A stretch of DNA of 64,000 nt, taken from contig OZ037771.1 in assembly GCA_964035545.1 (NCBI GenBank), positions 10,544,480 to 10,608,479 on the forward strand. Reading direction: 5' to 3'. This document shows positions 54,705 through 64,000 of the stretch, piece by piece. The DNA is from Bugula neritina (lineage: Eukaryota; Animalia; Bryozoa). Under the pieces are notes generated by a model, which worked only from the letters and a program-made list of their open reading frames with translations, had not been told where the DNA came from and did no database searches. The stretch's first letter is position 1; every line of letters begins with the position of its first letter. The translations under genes and the position numbers were made by a program.

Positions 54705-56256
54705 ATGACTGTATGTTGTAGACTGTAGGTATCAGAATACTGAGGGTTGTCGAGGAAACTATTGACATTCTGGGAGGATTTGCTGTTCATATTGTAGAAG
54801 ACAATCAACTTGTTTACAGACAGTTGATATTTAAGGAAACCAAACCTGCAGTCGTGTATGTATACTCTATAGTCTTTCTGTAGTATACTCTGTAGTATAT
54901 ACTGTACTCTGTGGTGTATACTGTAGACTCTAGTATATACTGTCCTGTGTAGTGTATACTGTAGACTGTAATATATACTGTACTCTGTAGTGTATACTGT
55001 ACTCTATAGTGTATACTGTATACTCTGAAGTGTTTACTGTGTACTGTATCCAGTAGTGTTTACTCCACTCTGTAATATAAATCATATAGAATGAATCCTT
55101 GAAATAAGCTAAAATAAAGATAATTGATAAGTTAATTCAGCTGTTAACAAACCTGGCCACCTTTGAATGCCCAGAGTACATATCAGTGAATAACACTGAC
55201 TCACTACTTCACACGACCTGTATGTGAATACTACAGTGACAAGAAGGCATGCTCCTGGCAGATGTATGACTTCCTCTCTGAACCAGCTCGGCTTCGGAGT
55301 TTTCAGGCCAAATTCGCTTCAGCTGATGCGGCCATGGAGTTTGCTCAGCTGATTGACTCGGTAAGCATGCCTCGCCACTTCTATTTGATTATATTACTAC
55401 ACCTCGCCACTTCTATTTGATTATATTACTACACCTCATCACTTCTATTTGATTATATTACTACACCTCGTAACTTCTATTCGATTATATTACTACACCT
55501 CATCACTTCTATTTGATTATATTACTACACCTCGTCACTTCTATTTGATTATATTACTACACCTCGTAACTTCTATTCGATTATATTACTACACCTCGTC
55601 ACTTCTATTCGATTATATTACTACACCTCGTCTCTTCTATTTGATTATATTACTACACCTCGTCACTTCTATTTGATTATATCATATTATATTACTACAC
55701 CTCACCTCTATATCATATTATATTACTACACGTCACCTCTATATCATATTATATTACTACACCTCACCTCTATATCATATTATATTACTACACCTCACCT
55801 CTATATCATATCATATTACTACACCTCACCTCTATATCATATTATATTACTACACCTCACCTCTATATCATATTATATTACTACACCTCACCTCTATATC
55901 ATATCATATTACTACACCTCACCTCTATATCATATTATATTACTACACCTCACCTCTATATCATATTATATTACTACACCTCACCTCTATATCATATTAT
56001 ATTACTACACCTCACCTCTATCGTATTGTATTTCATGTTATATTTCTACAGCTAAGGCTCACTTGTAGACAAATAGGATTTGAAATTCTGACTACACCAT
56101 TGGTTATAAAAGCATTGTTATGAATCCTGATTATTGTATGATTTGCAGAGCATAGCCTATGCCAAAGATATGAAGTTTTGTGAATCTGAAGCACTCAGTG
56201 CTGCCATGGCAACCAACCCAATAGAAATACAGCCCAGCACACCTTCAACAAACTAG
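20092..56256 (+). CDS. RANBP2: E3 SUMO-protein ligase RanBP2 / nucleoporin Nup358, 47 exons, ~2850 aa
   Basis: Phase-consistent exons: 20092-20163, 22932-22999, 23402-23568, 23710-23825, 24950-25042, 25338-25499, 25673-25791, 26139-26404, 26505-26587, 26892-27111, 27746-28004, 30360-30483, 30786-30898, 31308-31506, 31670-31865, 32044-32198, 32657-32902, 33491-33764, 34450-34695, 34913-35062, 35636-35755, 35993-36118, 36810-37034, 37263-37550, 38080-38302, 38651-39216, 39492-39654, 40164-40240, 40565-40734, 42328-42540, 42855-43037, 43215-43370, 43656-43839, 44255-44390, 45416-45655, 45928-46089, 46358-47028, 47290-47400, 47566-47667, 49713-49865, 50129-50251, 52678-52827, 53299-53463, 53950-54107, 54722-54855, 55237-55360, 56149-56256. 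N-terminus MYKSKAKVD...[22 protein letters not shown]...AHKLL matches the RanBP2 TPR. Four Ran-binding domains (TGEE.E...KLFR...WKERG, FKEKG in the third; RR.QV.K.C.NH), two RanBP2-type Zn fingers (WKCPGC..CLSC, WKCGSC..CACC), FG repeats and one IR-like E3 motif. Confidence 0.95.
24046..24207. repeat. 31-bp intronic minisatellite (~5 copies)
   Basis: Unit CACAGTGCAGCTCTCACACTGCTCTGCCAAT. Confidence 0.92.
25888..26105. repeat. 22-bp intronic minisatellite (~10 copies)
   Basis: Unit GTAAGGTGTGTGACAGGTGTTG; ends ~33 nt before the acceptor at 26138. Confidence 0.92.
27500..27734. repeat. 23-bp intronic minisatellite (~10 copies)
   Basis: Unit ACATGGTATACAGTTACATTACC; ends ~10 nt before the acceptor at 27745. 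Confidence 0.93.
28824..29610 (-). CDS. Ly6/uPAR three-finger, GPI-anchored protein (quiver/sleepless-like), 114 aa, nested antisense in RanBP2 intron 11
   Basis: Exons 29610-29577, 29427-29296, 29002-28824 with two phase-1 GT-AG introns. Protein [114 protein letters not shown]: signal peptide, 10 Cys ending CxCxxDLCN, small residues then a hydrophobic tail. Minus-strand AATAAA at 28536-28541. Confidence 0.92.
32196..32497. repeat. 17-bp minisatellite starting at the exon-16 donor
   Basis: Junction AGT|GTGAGTTGATATAC; copies AGTATGTGTTGATATAC. Confidence 0.92.
32925..33460. repeat. 27-bp minisatellite filling most of intron 17
   Basis: Unit GTATGCAGAGAGTATATATAATATACT, ~20 copies. Confidence 0.95.
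34058..34243. repeat. ~30-33-bp intronic minisatellite
   Basis: Unit ~CATGTAACTCTAACAGCTGCTGTCTCCCTGTC, ~6 copies. Confidence 0.85.
36109..36762. repeat. 31-bp (28-bp variant) minisatellite filling intron 22
   Basis: Unit CCAGTTGTTACTAACTATACTCATACTGTGT, ~21 copies, starting at the donor (36119). Confidence 0.95.
39879..40078 (-). mobile_element. tRNA-Thr-derived SINE
   Basis: Minus strand GGGAGCAGCTGTGGTCTAGGGGTTAAAGCATTTGCCTAGTAAACACGAAGGTCATGGGTTCGAACCC: A box TGGTCTAGGGG, B box GGTTCGAACCC, loop CTAGTAA as in tRNA-Thr(AGT). Its 3' part (TATAGTCACTATCCCTGTG...AAGGGTTT on +) recurs at 38561-38612. Confidence 0.8.
40241..40557. repeat. 28-bp minisatellite making up nearly all of intron 28
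   Basis: Unit TATAACTCACACTGTCAGTACTACTCAC, ~11 copies, from the donor GT to within 8 nt of the acceptor. Confidence 0.95.
40735..42312. repeat. 22-bp minisatellite making up nearly all of intron 29
   Basis: Unit TAGATATACTACTGAGTATATA, ~70 copies; the first copy begins inside the donor GTAGAT. Confidence 0.97.
44087..44264. repeat. 40-bp tandem repeat containing the exon-34 acceptor
   Basis: Unit CTGCAGGTAAATATGTGTTAGTGTAGTCTATAGTGATRTR; GCAG at 44091, 44131, 44171, 44211, 44251. Confidence 0.93.
44685..45396. repeat. 17/18-bp G-rich minisatellite (~40 copies)
   Basis: Unit GGGG(G)TACACAGCTGGGA; ends ~20 nt before the acceptor at 45415. Confidence 0.97.
46120..46325. repeat. 15-bp degenerate minisatellite
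   Basis: Unit ~GTGTTRCTGTAGTTGT. Confidence 0.85.
47870..49308. repeat. 37/40-bp intronic minisatellite (~37 copies)
   Basis: Unit GTTCCAGTGRCTAAGGTTGTT(GTT)ACTATATACTCGTAAT. Confidence 0.97.
49878..50115. repeat. 21-bp degenerate minisatellite filling intron 40
   Basis: Unit ~TGTATACTGATATATACTCTY. Confidence 0.88.
50252..52645. repeat. 38-bp minisatellite making up nearly all of intron 41 (~63 copies)
   Basis: Unit CAGCATATATATTATAATATTACCTCCTAGTATTGTCT, starting at donor GTCAGC. Confidence 0.97.
53457..53907. repeat. 26-bp minisatellite spanning the exon-43 donor
   Basis: Junction GCTACAG|GTATGCTATACC; copies GCTACAGATATACCTTATWACTAGTA, ~17 copies. Confidence 0.95.
54095..54641. repeat. 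25-bp minisatellite spanning the exon-44 donor
   Basis: Unit TATRCAGTATGAY|GTAAGTATATAA; 22 GTAAGT from 54108 to 54633. Confidence 0.96.
55370..56022. repeat. Two adjoining related minisatellites (32 bp, then 31/36 bp) in the last intron
   Basis: CACTTCTATTTGATTATATTACTACACCTCGT followed by ATATCATATTATATTACTACACCTCACCTCT; shared core ATTATATTACTACACCTC. Confidence 0.92.
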
Positions 56257-56476
56257 ACACATGTCAAACTATAGAACTCGGCACACCTGATAGAGCAATT
56301 ATTAGGCTTATACTACTTCACATCTATTAGTGATTTACTTATTGATATTTTCAACCATAGAGATGTTTATGGCTTCAGCTCAAGTTATGCTTTGTAATAT
56401 ATTCTGTACTCTTTTCAACTTGTTTACATTGACTGATTGTGAAATGGGCTTGTGTATATGCTATGTGCTTTGATAA

Positions 56477-56904
56477 AATACATTATGAGTCTGGGTAGTA
56501 TATACAATAATACTCTAAAACTACCAATACATTATGACTGGGTAGTATATACAATAATACTCTAAAACTACCAATACATTATGAGTCTGGGTAGTATACA
56601 CAATAATACTCTAAAACTACCAATACATTATGACTGGGTAGTATACACAATAATACTCTAAAACTACCAATACATTATGACTGGGTAGTATATACAATAA
56701 TACTCTAAAACTACCAATACATTATGACTGGGTAGTATATACAATAATACTCTAAAACTACCAATACATTATGACTGGGTAGTATACACAATAATACTCT
56801 AAAACTACCAATACATTATGACTGGGTAGTATACACAATAATACTCTAAAACTACCAATACATTATGACTGGGTAGTATGCACAATAATACTCTAAAACT
56901 ACCA
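56477..56904. repeat. 47/49-bp minisatellite at the RanBP2 3' end (~9 copies)
   Basis: Unit AATACATTATGACTGGGTAGTATAYACAATAATACTCTAAAACTACC. Confidence 0.95.
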
Positions 56905-57946
56905 AAACAAGCTTTGTTGTCTTTTCCTTTGCTGCTATCATTGTGAAGAACAAAGGGGTGGAGTATTTTCTGTGGAACTCAATGGATGAATTTAGGAAAG
57001 CCACTGTGACCTGTGCCATGTTAACAGCATGGCTTGAAGGCTTCAGCATACCAGAAATTGCTTCTGGGATTAGAGATTGTATTTTTATTGTAATGGAAAA
57101 AGTCGACTTGCACAATAATGCTTGACTAACTGAGTCTTAAAAGCGTATGGTTGGAAAAATGAAGAAAAGCACAAAAAAGGAAATCAAAAGGTCATTGTCA
57201 CTGGGAGTAAAACTAACCTCACCATTTGGTTCTATTGATTTTCTTGCAGTAATTACTCACTGCCCTCATCAGCATTAGTAGCTATGAACGATCAATCCTA
57301 CAATCAATATAATCTTGCTGGTACTAGAAGGGCTACAATGATGAGTTTTTATCTTATGCAAGCTGTTTAATGTGATGCAAGTTGAGCATGAGACCCTTTT
57401 TGGGTTGTTCCAGCTGCATGCAGCTAATGTATTGTACTTAGGTTATTTACCTATTTAAAGGTTTGCAGAAAGATCCAATACCAAACTTGCCTCTCTGGGG
57501 ATTATAATCCAATAACAGTTGGTCACTTGTAAGTCTGGTATTGCAGAACTTGTCTGTAGAAGCATCACGCAGAACCTCACTATGTTATATAGCAGAGTCT
57601 AGTGCAAGAGCTTGCATACACTTGGGTACTGACAATATACAACCTTGCTAATGGAACTCCTTAGATCAGCTTTAAGAAAGAAGACAATTCCTAAAGTGAC
57701 CAGCGGAAATCATTTGCTAGCAAGTATTATAGTGGGCTAGGTTGGTGCTTATCATGGATCTACGCTCGTCTGTTATTTTATTATTATGCACACTCTACAT
57801 CTCTACACTATGCAGTGGAGATTATTTTGCTATAAAACCTAGCCTGTTCACTAGCACATAACAATTTTGCGAAGTGGCTGTACAATTGAGAAGCCGAACT
57901 GCCCATGCCACAGTAAGCACAGCTTGTCTGCGAAAAACTGGAGTTA

Positions 57947-58289
57947 GCCTAGGGCCACACTGTGCGTATTTTCGCATGCGAAAATTAAAATCACAAGTAG
58001 CAAAGGTGTCCACTGTAGCGTCAGTGATGCGTGATAAATAAAGCTTTCATTTTTAAGTCGCACTCGCTTTCAATAAAACGCAATTTACTGGAATATAGCA
58101 CTAAATAAAGAAATTGGGCTCGCTGAATAACTACCAACCAATTAGGTGACGACGACAGAGACGATTCGCACTTGCGTTGAAAATGCAGAGCGACAAGTGC
58201 GAATGTTTTCTCAACGCGCACAGTGGACACCTTTGCTACTTGTGATTTCAATTTTCGCATGCGAAAATACGCACCGTGTGGCCCTAGGC
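57947..58289. mobile_element. MITE with ~70-bp near-perfect terminal inverted repeats
   Basis: GCCTAGGGCCACACTGTGCGTATTTTCGCATGCGAAAATTAAAATCACAAGTAGCAAAGGTGTCCACTGT at the left and its reverse complement (2 mismatches) at the right; TA on both flanks. Confidence 0.9.
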
Positions 58290-58688
58290 TAAAAGTGCAA
58301 TATAAAAACTTTGTATATTCCTTTACAAGCTCATATGCAAATATTTTTGTTCCAACTTGAAAATTTTTTTAATTAACAAGTTGTGCAGTTCTTTTTATTC
58401 TATAAATTAACTATGTCTGTCAGTTTGGTGAGGGAGTTGAGTGTTAGTTATCTCAGTCATGCATGCAAAGTTGACTTGCAGAAATCTGGCACTTGTTGAA
58501 ACTAGCAGAACTAAAAGCACTTTCCAACAGATGTATAAGATATCTTACTCCAAGCTGCTATTTTAGCATGTCGCCATTAAACCTTTAGGAATACTTAGGC
58601 ATTATTTCGGCTCTAAAAAGTTACACATTCCATTGTGTCAAAATACCTAATAGTACTTTAATAGCCAATATTAGATTATATTTTAGAG

Positions 58689-60025
58689 CAGTGGTTCCCA
58701 ACTTGGGGGGGGGGGAATTCTCACCTCGGGGAATTTTGACTTTGGGGAAGGAATTTTATTTTTAAAAGATTTCATGCAGTTCATTACTACTTTGGAGTTT
58801 TTGCATTATTTTTTCAAGTTACTTGTACATCTGTATCTATAAATATATCCATAACGTCTTCATTTTGGTTCATCTAAGTTTACTTCTACATGTATATGTC
58901 TATTAATCAATTTACCTTAACTGCTACCTGGGCTACTGTAAATAGATGTTAAAAAGTTTCTTTTAAGCAAAGTCCAATAGGAACTTATTATAGAAGTCAT
59001 GTAAGCTGTGTAACACCTCATACCTTATATTTGCATCATGAGTACGATCTCACATTGCTTTTCATCGCAGCATCAACTCATTCAAAGCTAACCAAAGTTG
59101 TGACAGACACATGCATCTATATGAAAAATATTATGTCTTTCCCCACACTAAATGAATTATTAGAAAACAAATTTCTAGAATTTTTTTCAAAACTTTCTTA
59201 TAAAACTTTTGCAAGCAGGCTCGCTAACCACAGGGTAAACTCAACATTACATACCACCCAGTCCTCAAGAACTCTACTGGCCCTTCAATTACTCGTTCAG
59301 TCTTCATGCTTCCCTGATCTCTCAACTCCCTTGGAGTAATACTACACTGCACTAAAGGCCAAAATAGCTTATACAACTATTTTGCCTCCACTATGATTCC
59401 AACCACAGACCTCCGGCTTGCAAGCAGGCATGTTATAGTTACACCACAGGGGCTACAGGGTAAACTCAACACTGCAAGCATCTCTCTGTATCTCTCTGAG
59501 CTGCTTTCATAAAAGAAAAATGTTCATAACATGCGATTCCATTTTAACATGACCTGTTCCAAGTTTCTGTTGAAGATTTGAAATGAATTACAAGATGATT
59601 CTATTAACAAACTTTTACCAATTGACAAGATTCGTGGGTTTCAACAAGCAAAATCTAAGAATGTTGGTGTCATGCAGCACCACCTTTCTATGTGAGGTGG
59701 GAGGATCATCAATACTATTAAAAATGAAGGAGAAACTGATTTGAGTTGCCAAGTGACCGGAGATGTGTCCTGTCAATCACAGAGCCAGCAAGCTGACATG
59801 AAAGCATGATTGGCAGCAGCCATCATGTTATTAGTGATTAGGCTACTCTGTGTCTTATACATACATAATAATATTGTAATAATTATTATCAAATCTAATA
59901 AAAAATATATATTTGTATTGCATATGCTGTGTCAATAAATATAAATAGCATATTTTAAAAAGGGGGAAGTTAACAGTAAATGTCCTATGGAAGGGGGAAT
60001 GGTATGAAAAAGTTGGGAACGACTG
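58689..60025. mobile_element. Old non-autonomous hAT (Charlie-like) element
   Basis: TIRs CAGTGGTTCCCAACTT ... AAGTTGGGAACGACTG (15/16 match); degraded 8-bp flanks TTTTAGAG / ATTTAAAA. Confidence 0.6.
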
Positions 60026-61376
60026 ATTTAAAAGGATCTTGCTGTAGTTATTGATCTGAAATTTGCCACACAAGTGTTGCAATATTCATAAATATTATAA
60101 ATATGTTTGGTGTGCCTGCCCAGTTGTTACATTTACTATATTCTATGCCATGTAAAATACCATTATTTATGTTCCTCGTCTACTAACTTAAAATCCTTAC
60201 TGTTTATGATTGATATCAATGAGACATAACTTAGAAAGCATCCATGAGCAACTACTGGCAGTATTTGAAGAAAAAATATGCACTGCTTTTTAATAATGTA
60301 GTTATAGGCTATGGAATGACACCAGTCCCGGTGCTGCAGCTATGTTTTTGTATTACGCAGCTTCGTGGTGCTCGTACAAATTTTAAGGTATGTTTAAAAC
60401 TTTTTTGAAAACCAAAATATAAAGGCTGTCTACATTAAAGGTTTAGTGAAAATGTGTGCATTAGCAAGTATGCAACTATATTCAGCTCAGCCCGAATCAG
60501 GTTGTTAAGGTAGTGTGCAGTGGTGCTCTACATCCCTATGCCCTGGGTTGAGCCCTTACTGATCTATTATTGCTTCATGTACTCTACACACTCCCTATAA
60601 ATTTATCTTGCAAAGTCTCTCTATTATATACCTATTACATCACTTATAACTACACTCTACCATGCGTTATATTACCGTCACCAAATTGTTTTTGTGGTTG
60701 TGCTCTCTTTACAAGCAACAGTCAGAGTTTAACTTAAACATCGGCATTTCAGGTGTCTAGCAATGAGTTACTCAATATTCTTTTCAGAGCCAAATGTCTG
60801 TGTAACGTAAAGGCTTTGCTTCTATCTGACATGATCACCGGAACATGTAGTAGGCATTGGGTTCCATGTAAAATTCTTGGAGATCTCACTTTAGGACATT
60901 TTCAAACCTGAGATGTGGTGTTGTAGTTTGAGAAATTCTTTCCAACAATACATCATGAAGTAAGATATTTGATCAACTTACCCAAGGCAAAATACCACCA
61001 GCTTTGAAGAATTGGACCCTGAGCCTGTGACTTTAAAAAATATTGATACAATGTGCCATGATTCTAACTTGAAGAAATCTTCTCAAGTTTTATTTAGAAT
61101 GTATTTTAAATTTCTGGTATAAAAAATTTTGAGCTTTGACTCTGGTAGTTGATATGTTGCCCATTTCTTGTTCTTCCATATTTGTCAGTTCATATGCCCA
61201 AACACAGTGACAGTTACACATCAAGCTGTACCAGTGCCACCCATCAAGTTAAAGTTAAAAGAAACATAATATTTGCTTAGCAAATTTAAACACAGATGTA
61301 GAGCTATGAGTTGCGGTGCTGTAGTATAGAGTATACAATAGAGTATAGATTATCTAGCTACACTTTTATTTACAAA

Positions 61377-61496
61377 GCCTTTCCCCAAACCACCACAATA
61401 GTCCCGAGCGCTAGTGAATAATGCGACAAGTGTCTGGAACGGGATTTCCCCACATGATTAACCGGTAAACAAAATTCCCCAGCTCTGGGAAAATCC
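61377..61496. promoter_or_regulatory. Cluster of NF-kB/Rel-type sites upstream of the IAP gene
   Basis: GGGATTTCCC 61441-61450, GGGGAATTTT (minus) 61471-61480, GGGAAAATCC 61487-61496, weaker GGGGAAAGGC (minus) 61377-61386. Confidence 0.65.
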
Positions 61497-62120
61497 AGCT
61501 TAGCTGTAATGACACTTGATAAAATAGGCGATGCATGATGAGGCACTGGTCAATATCGTAGCAGCCGGTAAGTAGTCAACATGCCATTATACTAAGTAAT
61601 GAGCCAATTCTAGCTGTGAGCTGCTAGTTGTGTGTGCTTCACTAGCTGAACTCGTTCTTGAACTGAATTGTTTCTGTTTGTAGATACTACAGTATAATAG
61701 AGAGTTAGAACAGGGGAAACATAACCTACATAAGTTACTACATATTGGTGAAATCTCCAATCAAAAGGGTGAGTTATATTTACAATGCTTTCTTATTATA
61801 TGCAGTTTTTAGGTTTCATATCCAAATTACAAGTGCTCTGGCACTCGAGAAATTATTTGTTTATACACTTAGCAAGTTGTCTCTCACTCTGCTAACAGTT
61901 TTACTAGCTAATTGTTATACAAACACCCTGAATTGTACAGGTCTGACTGCTTAGTTCCATGACGTTTAGTTAGATAAAACAGTAGGTTTCCATTTTCAGA
62001 TAGACACAAATACAGTGTAATAAAGTTGAATTAAAAACTTATAGGCTATATACTATATATAAATTGTTAATTGCAGGTCTTTCTTCCTGCACTGAATCTG
62101 AGAAATCATAAAACAGGAAG

Positions 62121-63533
62121 ATGTCTTGGTACGTTGAGCTGAGAGAGTTACTTCGTCCTCCACAGCCACTAAGACACTTTACAGAAATAATTGCATATCC
62201 TTTGATCAAATATCCTGACAGCTACAACAAATATCTCTCCCTAAGCCTACAGAAATCATTGGATGCCATGAGTCCCTCGGAGTATTTAAGTTACGTTCTA
62301 CATGACTTGACGTTAGACGAGCGAGAGTCGCTCTTAGTAGATGAGAGACAAAGACTGAAAACATTTCTGGCCAACTGGCCTCACGAACACAAGAATGGAC
62401 TTAGTGGAGCAATCATGGCTCGTAATGGATTCTATTACTTAAATGACAGTGACAAGGTGCAGTGCGTGTTCTGTAGAGGATCAATAAAAGACTGGAGCAG
62501 CGGGGACGATGTACTCAGGGAGCACGGAGTCTCCTTCAGCTTCTGCAGGTTTATTAAAGGTATCGAATGTGGTAACCGACCTTATAAGAGTGAGAAGCTG
62601 TGTAAAGAAGACCTGGCAAACATTGATGTGTTTCCCCACAGTTTGGGCAATACAGCATCTTCTAACACAAAAGACATTGAGCATGACTGTGAAGTGCTAG
62701 GAATATCAACTAACCGTGCCAGTACTATTCGCTACGCACCGTATGCGTCTAGGATGCGGACGTTCACTAAATGGCCTACAAACTGTCCTGTGAAAGCAGA
62801 AGATGTTTGTAAAGCCGGATTTTACTATACGGGATTTAGTGACTCAGCCAGATGCTTCTACTGTTCAGGAAATATCCGGGATTGGGGTCCTGGTGATGAC
62901 CCGTGGACAGAACACGCTCGATGGTTTCCAGATTGTAGTTTTTTACTGTATGCAAAGGGACAAGACTTTGTAGATGAAGTTCATGAAGTTACGCCTGAAG
63001 GCATGAAGTCTATCCGGAAAGTTATAAAGAAAAACCGAAAAGCAACAACAGAAACTATTGAGGAGGAAATCACCACTATGATCGAAATTTGTCATAAGTT
63101 GGGGCATTCTAAAGACGTAATTACCAGATCAATAAAACTTAATGGTAAGCCTTTTGAGTCGGTGGCAGAGATGATAGAGAAAGTCTATGAAATGGAAGCT
63201 CTACAAGAATCTGATCCTAATGTTTGTGAAAAACTGGGGACAGCAAACACTTCAACAGCAACAAACAAATCTCTCGATAAAAATCTAACATCATCCAGTA
63301 ATATCAACTCTAGCGCATCGGAGTCATATGAGTTGGCTTGTAAAAACTGTCTCAAAACAACTGGTGAGTTCAAACCAGCCAATCATATCAGTCTTCCGTG
63401 CGGCCATCTTACGTTATGTGAAGCATGTGCCAAGGAATCTGGCAGTAGAGCCAATCAGCAGCAACAAATCTACTGTTTGAAAGACTCTTGCAAAAGTAGA
63501 TTAACTGGTATGATGAAAGTGTTTTTTGGCTAA
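62121..63533 (+). CDS. Inhibitor of apoptosis protein (BIR-BIR-RING), 470 aa, single coding exon
   Basis: BIR1 RLKTF..WP...GFYY...DKVQCVFC-x16-H-x6-C; BIR2 RMRTF.KWP...AGFYY...RCFYC...DDPWTEHARWFPDC; C-terminal RING CKNC...PCGH...CEAC...C.KDSC...KVFFG. An acceptor TTGCAG near 62076 and a donor GG|GTGAGT near 61769 suggest a 5'UTR intron. Confidence 0.96.
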   Translation: MSWYVELRELLRPPQPLRHFTEIIAYPLIKYPDSYNKYLSLSLQKSLDAMSPSEYLSYVLHDLTLDERESLLVDERQRLKTFLANWPHEHKNGLSGAIMARNGFYYLNDSDKVQCVFCRGSIKDWSSGDDVLREHGVSFSFCRFIKGIECGNRPYKSEKLCKEDLANIDVFPHSLGNTASSNTKDIEHDCEVLGISTNRASTIRYAPYASRMRTFTKWPTNCPVKAEDVCKAGFYYTGFSDSARCFYCSGNIRDWGPGDDPWTEHARWFPDCSFLLYAKGQDFVDEVHEVTPEGMKSIRKVIKKNRKATTETIEEEITTMIEICHKLGHSKDVITRSIKLNGKPFESVAEMIEKVYEMEALQESDPNVCEKLGTANTSTATNKSLDKNLTSSSNINSSASESYELACKNCLKTTGEFKPANHISLPCGHLTLCEACAKESGSRANQQQQIYCLKDSCKSRLTGMMKVFFG

Positions 63534-64000
63534 ATAACACAATTATAATTATAATGTAAGCATTGTTATTTGTTTGTTTAGAGTTTATTAGATAAAGTGT
63601 GCTATTAAATCATAGTAACTTTCATCAATGTTTTTACTGTGAAACATTGGATTTTAGTGATAGAATTAGTGTGATTTTAAGTTAATCTTAATATTTTCAA
63701 GACTGTAGTCTAGGCATATCTATAGAGTAGAATTCTTTGGGCAGCTTTTTATTTATTTAAATATTATATAATTACAAACTTTACTTCATAAATTATATAT
63801 AATATATTATTTTATATAAACAGTTTAGTTTTGTCTTCAAAGTTATGAATCAAATGTTGTATATTGCTATTGCTTTTTACATTTTGTATATTTGAAGTTG
63901 TAAAATAATAAGCTCAACATAAACAAAAAAAATTCATGCAATTTTGTTTAAATGGCACTATCAAGATTTTCTATAATTGGCAGTAAATATAACTTCATCT

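Noticed and set aside
62250-62285. Possible caspase site SLD|AMSP exposing an IAP-binding-like N-terminus
   Set aside because: A four-residue match with no supporting conservation; expected by chance.

Overview
AT-rich animal (invertebrate-type) genomic DNA with spliceosomal introns; the taxon cannot be fixed from sequence alone. Left to right: (1) the 3' end of a NEK-like Ser/Thr kinase gene (+), whose intron holds an intact, very young Gypsy/Mag LTR retrotransposon (261-bp LTRs that read as identical, GTAAT target-site duplication, tRNA-Leu primer site, one 1311-aa gag-pol ORF); (2) a convergent FAM122/PABIR gene (-, 7 coding exons); (3) a MITE and a decayed RTE-type LINE; (4) a RanBP2/Nup358 gene (+, 20092-56256) that I assembled by hand into 47 phase-consistent exons (~2850 aa), with a complete antisense Ly6/three-finger GPI-protein gene nested in one intron; (5) two more non-autonomous DNA elements; (6) an intronless BIR-BIR-RING IAP gene preceded by a cluster of NF-kB-type sites. 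The most unusual signal is in the introns. Many carry their own private minisatellite, and in about eight cases the repeat unit is a copy of the exon-intron junction itself, giving arrays of intact or inactivated splice sites (for example 22 perfect GTAAGT donors at 25-bp spacing). All exon models come from manual reading and need RNA-seq confirmation.
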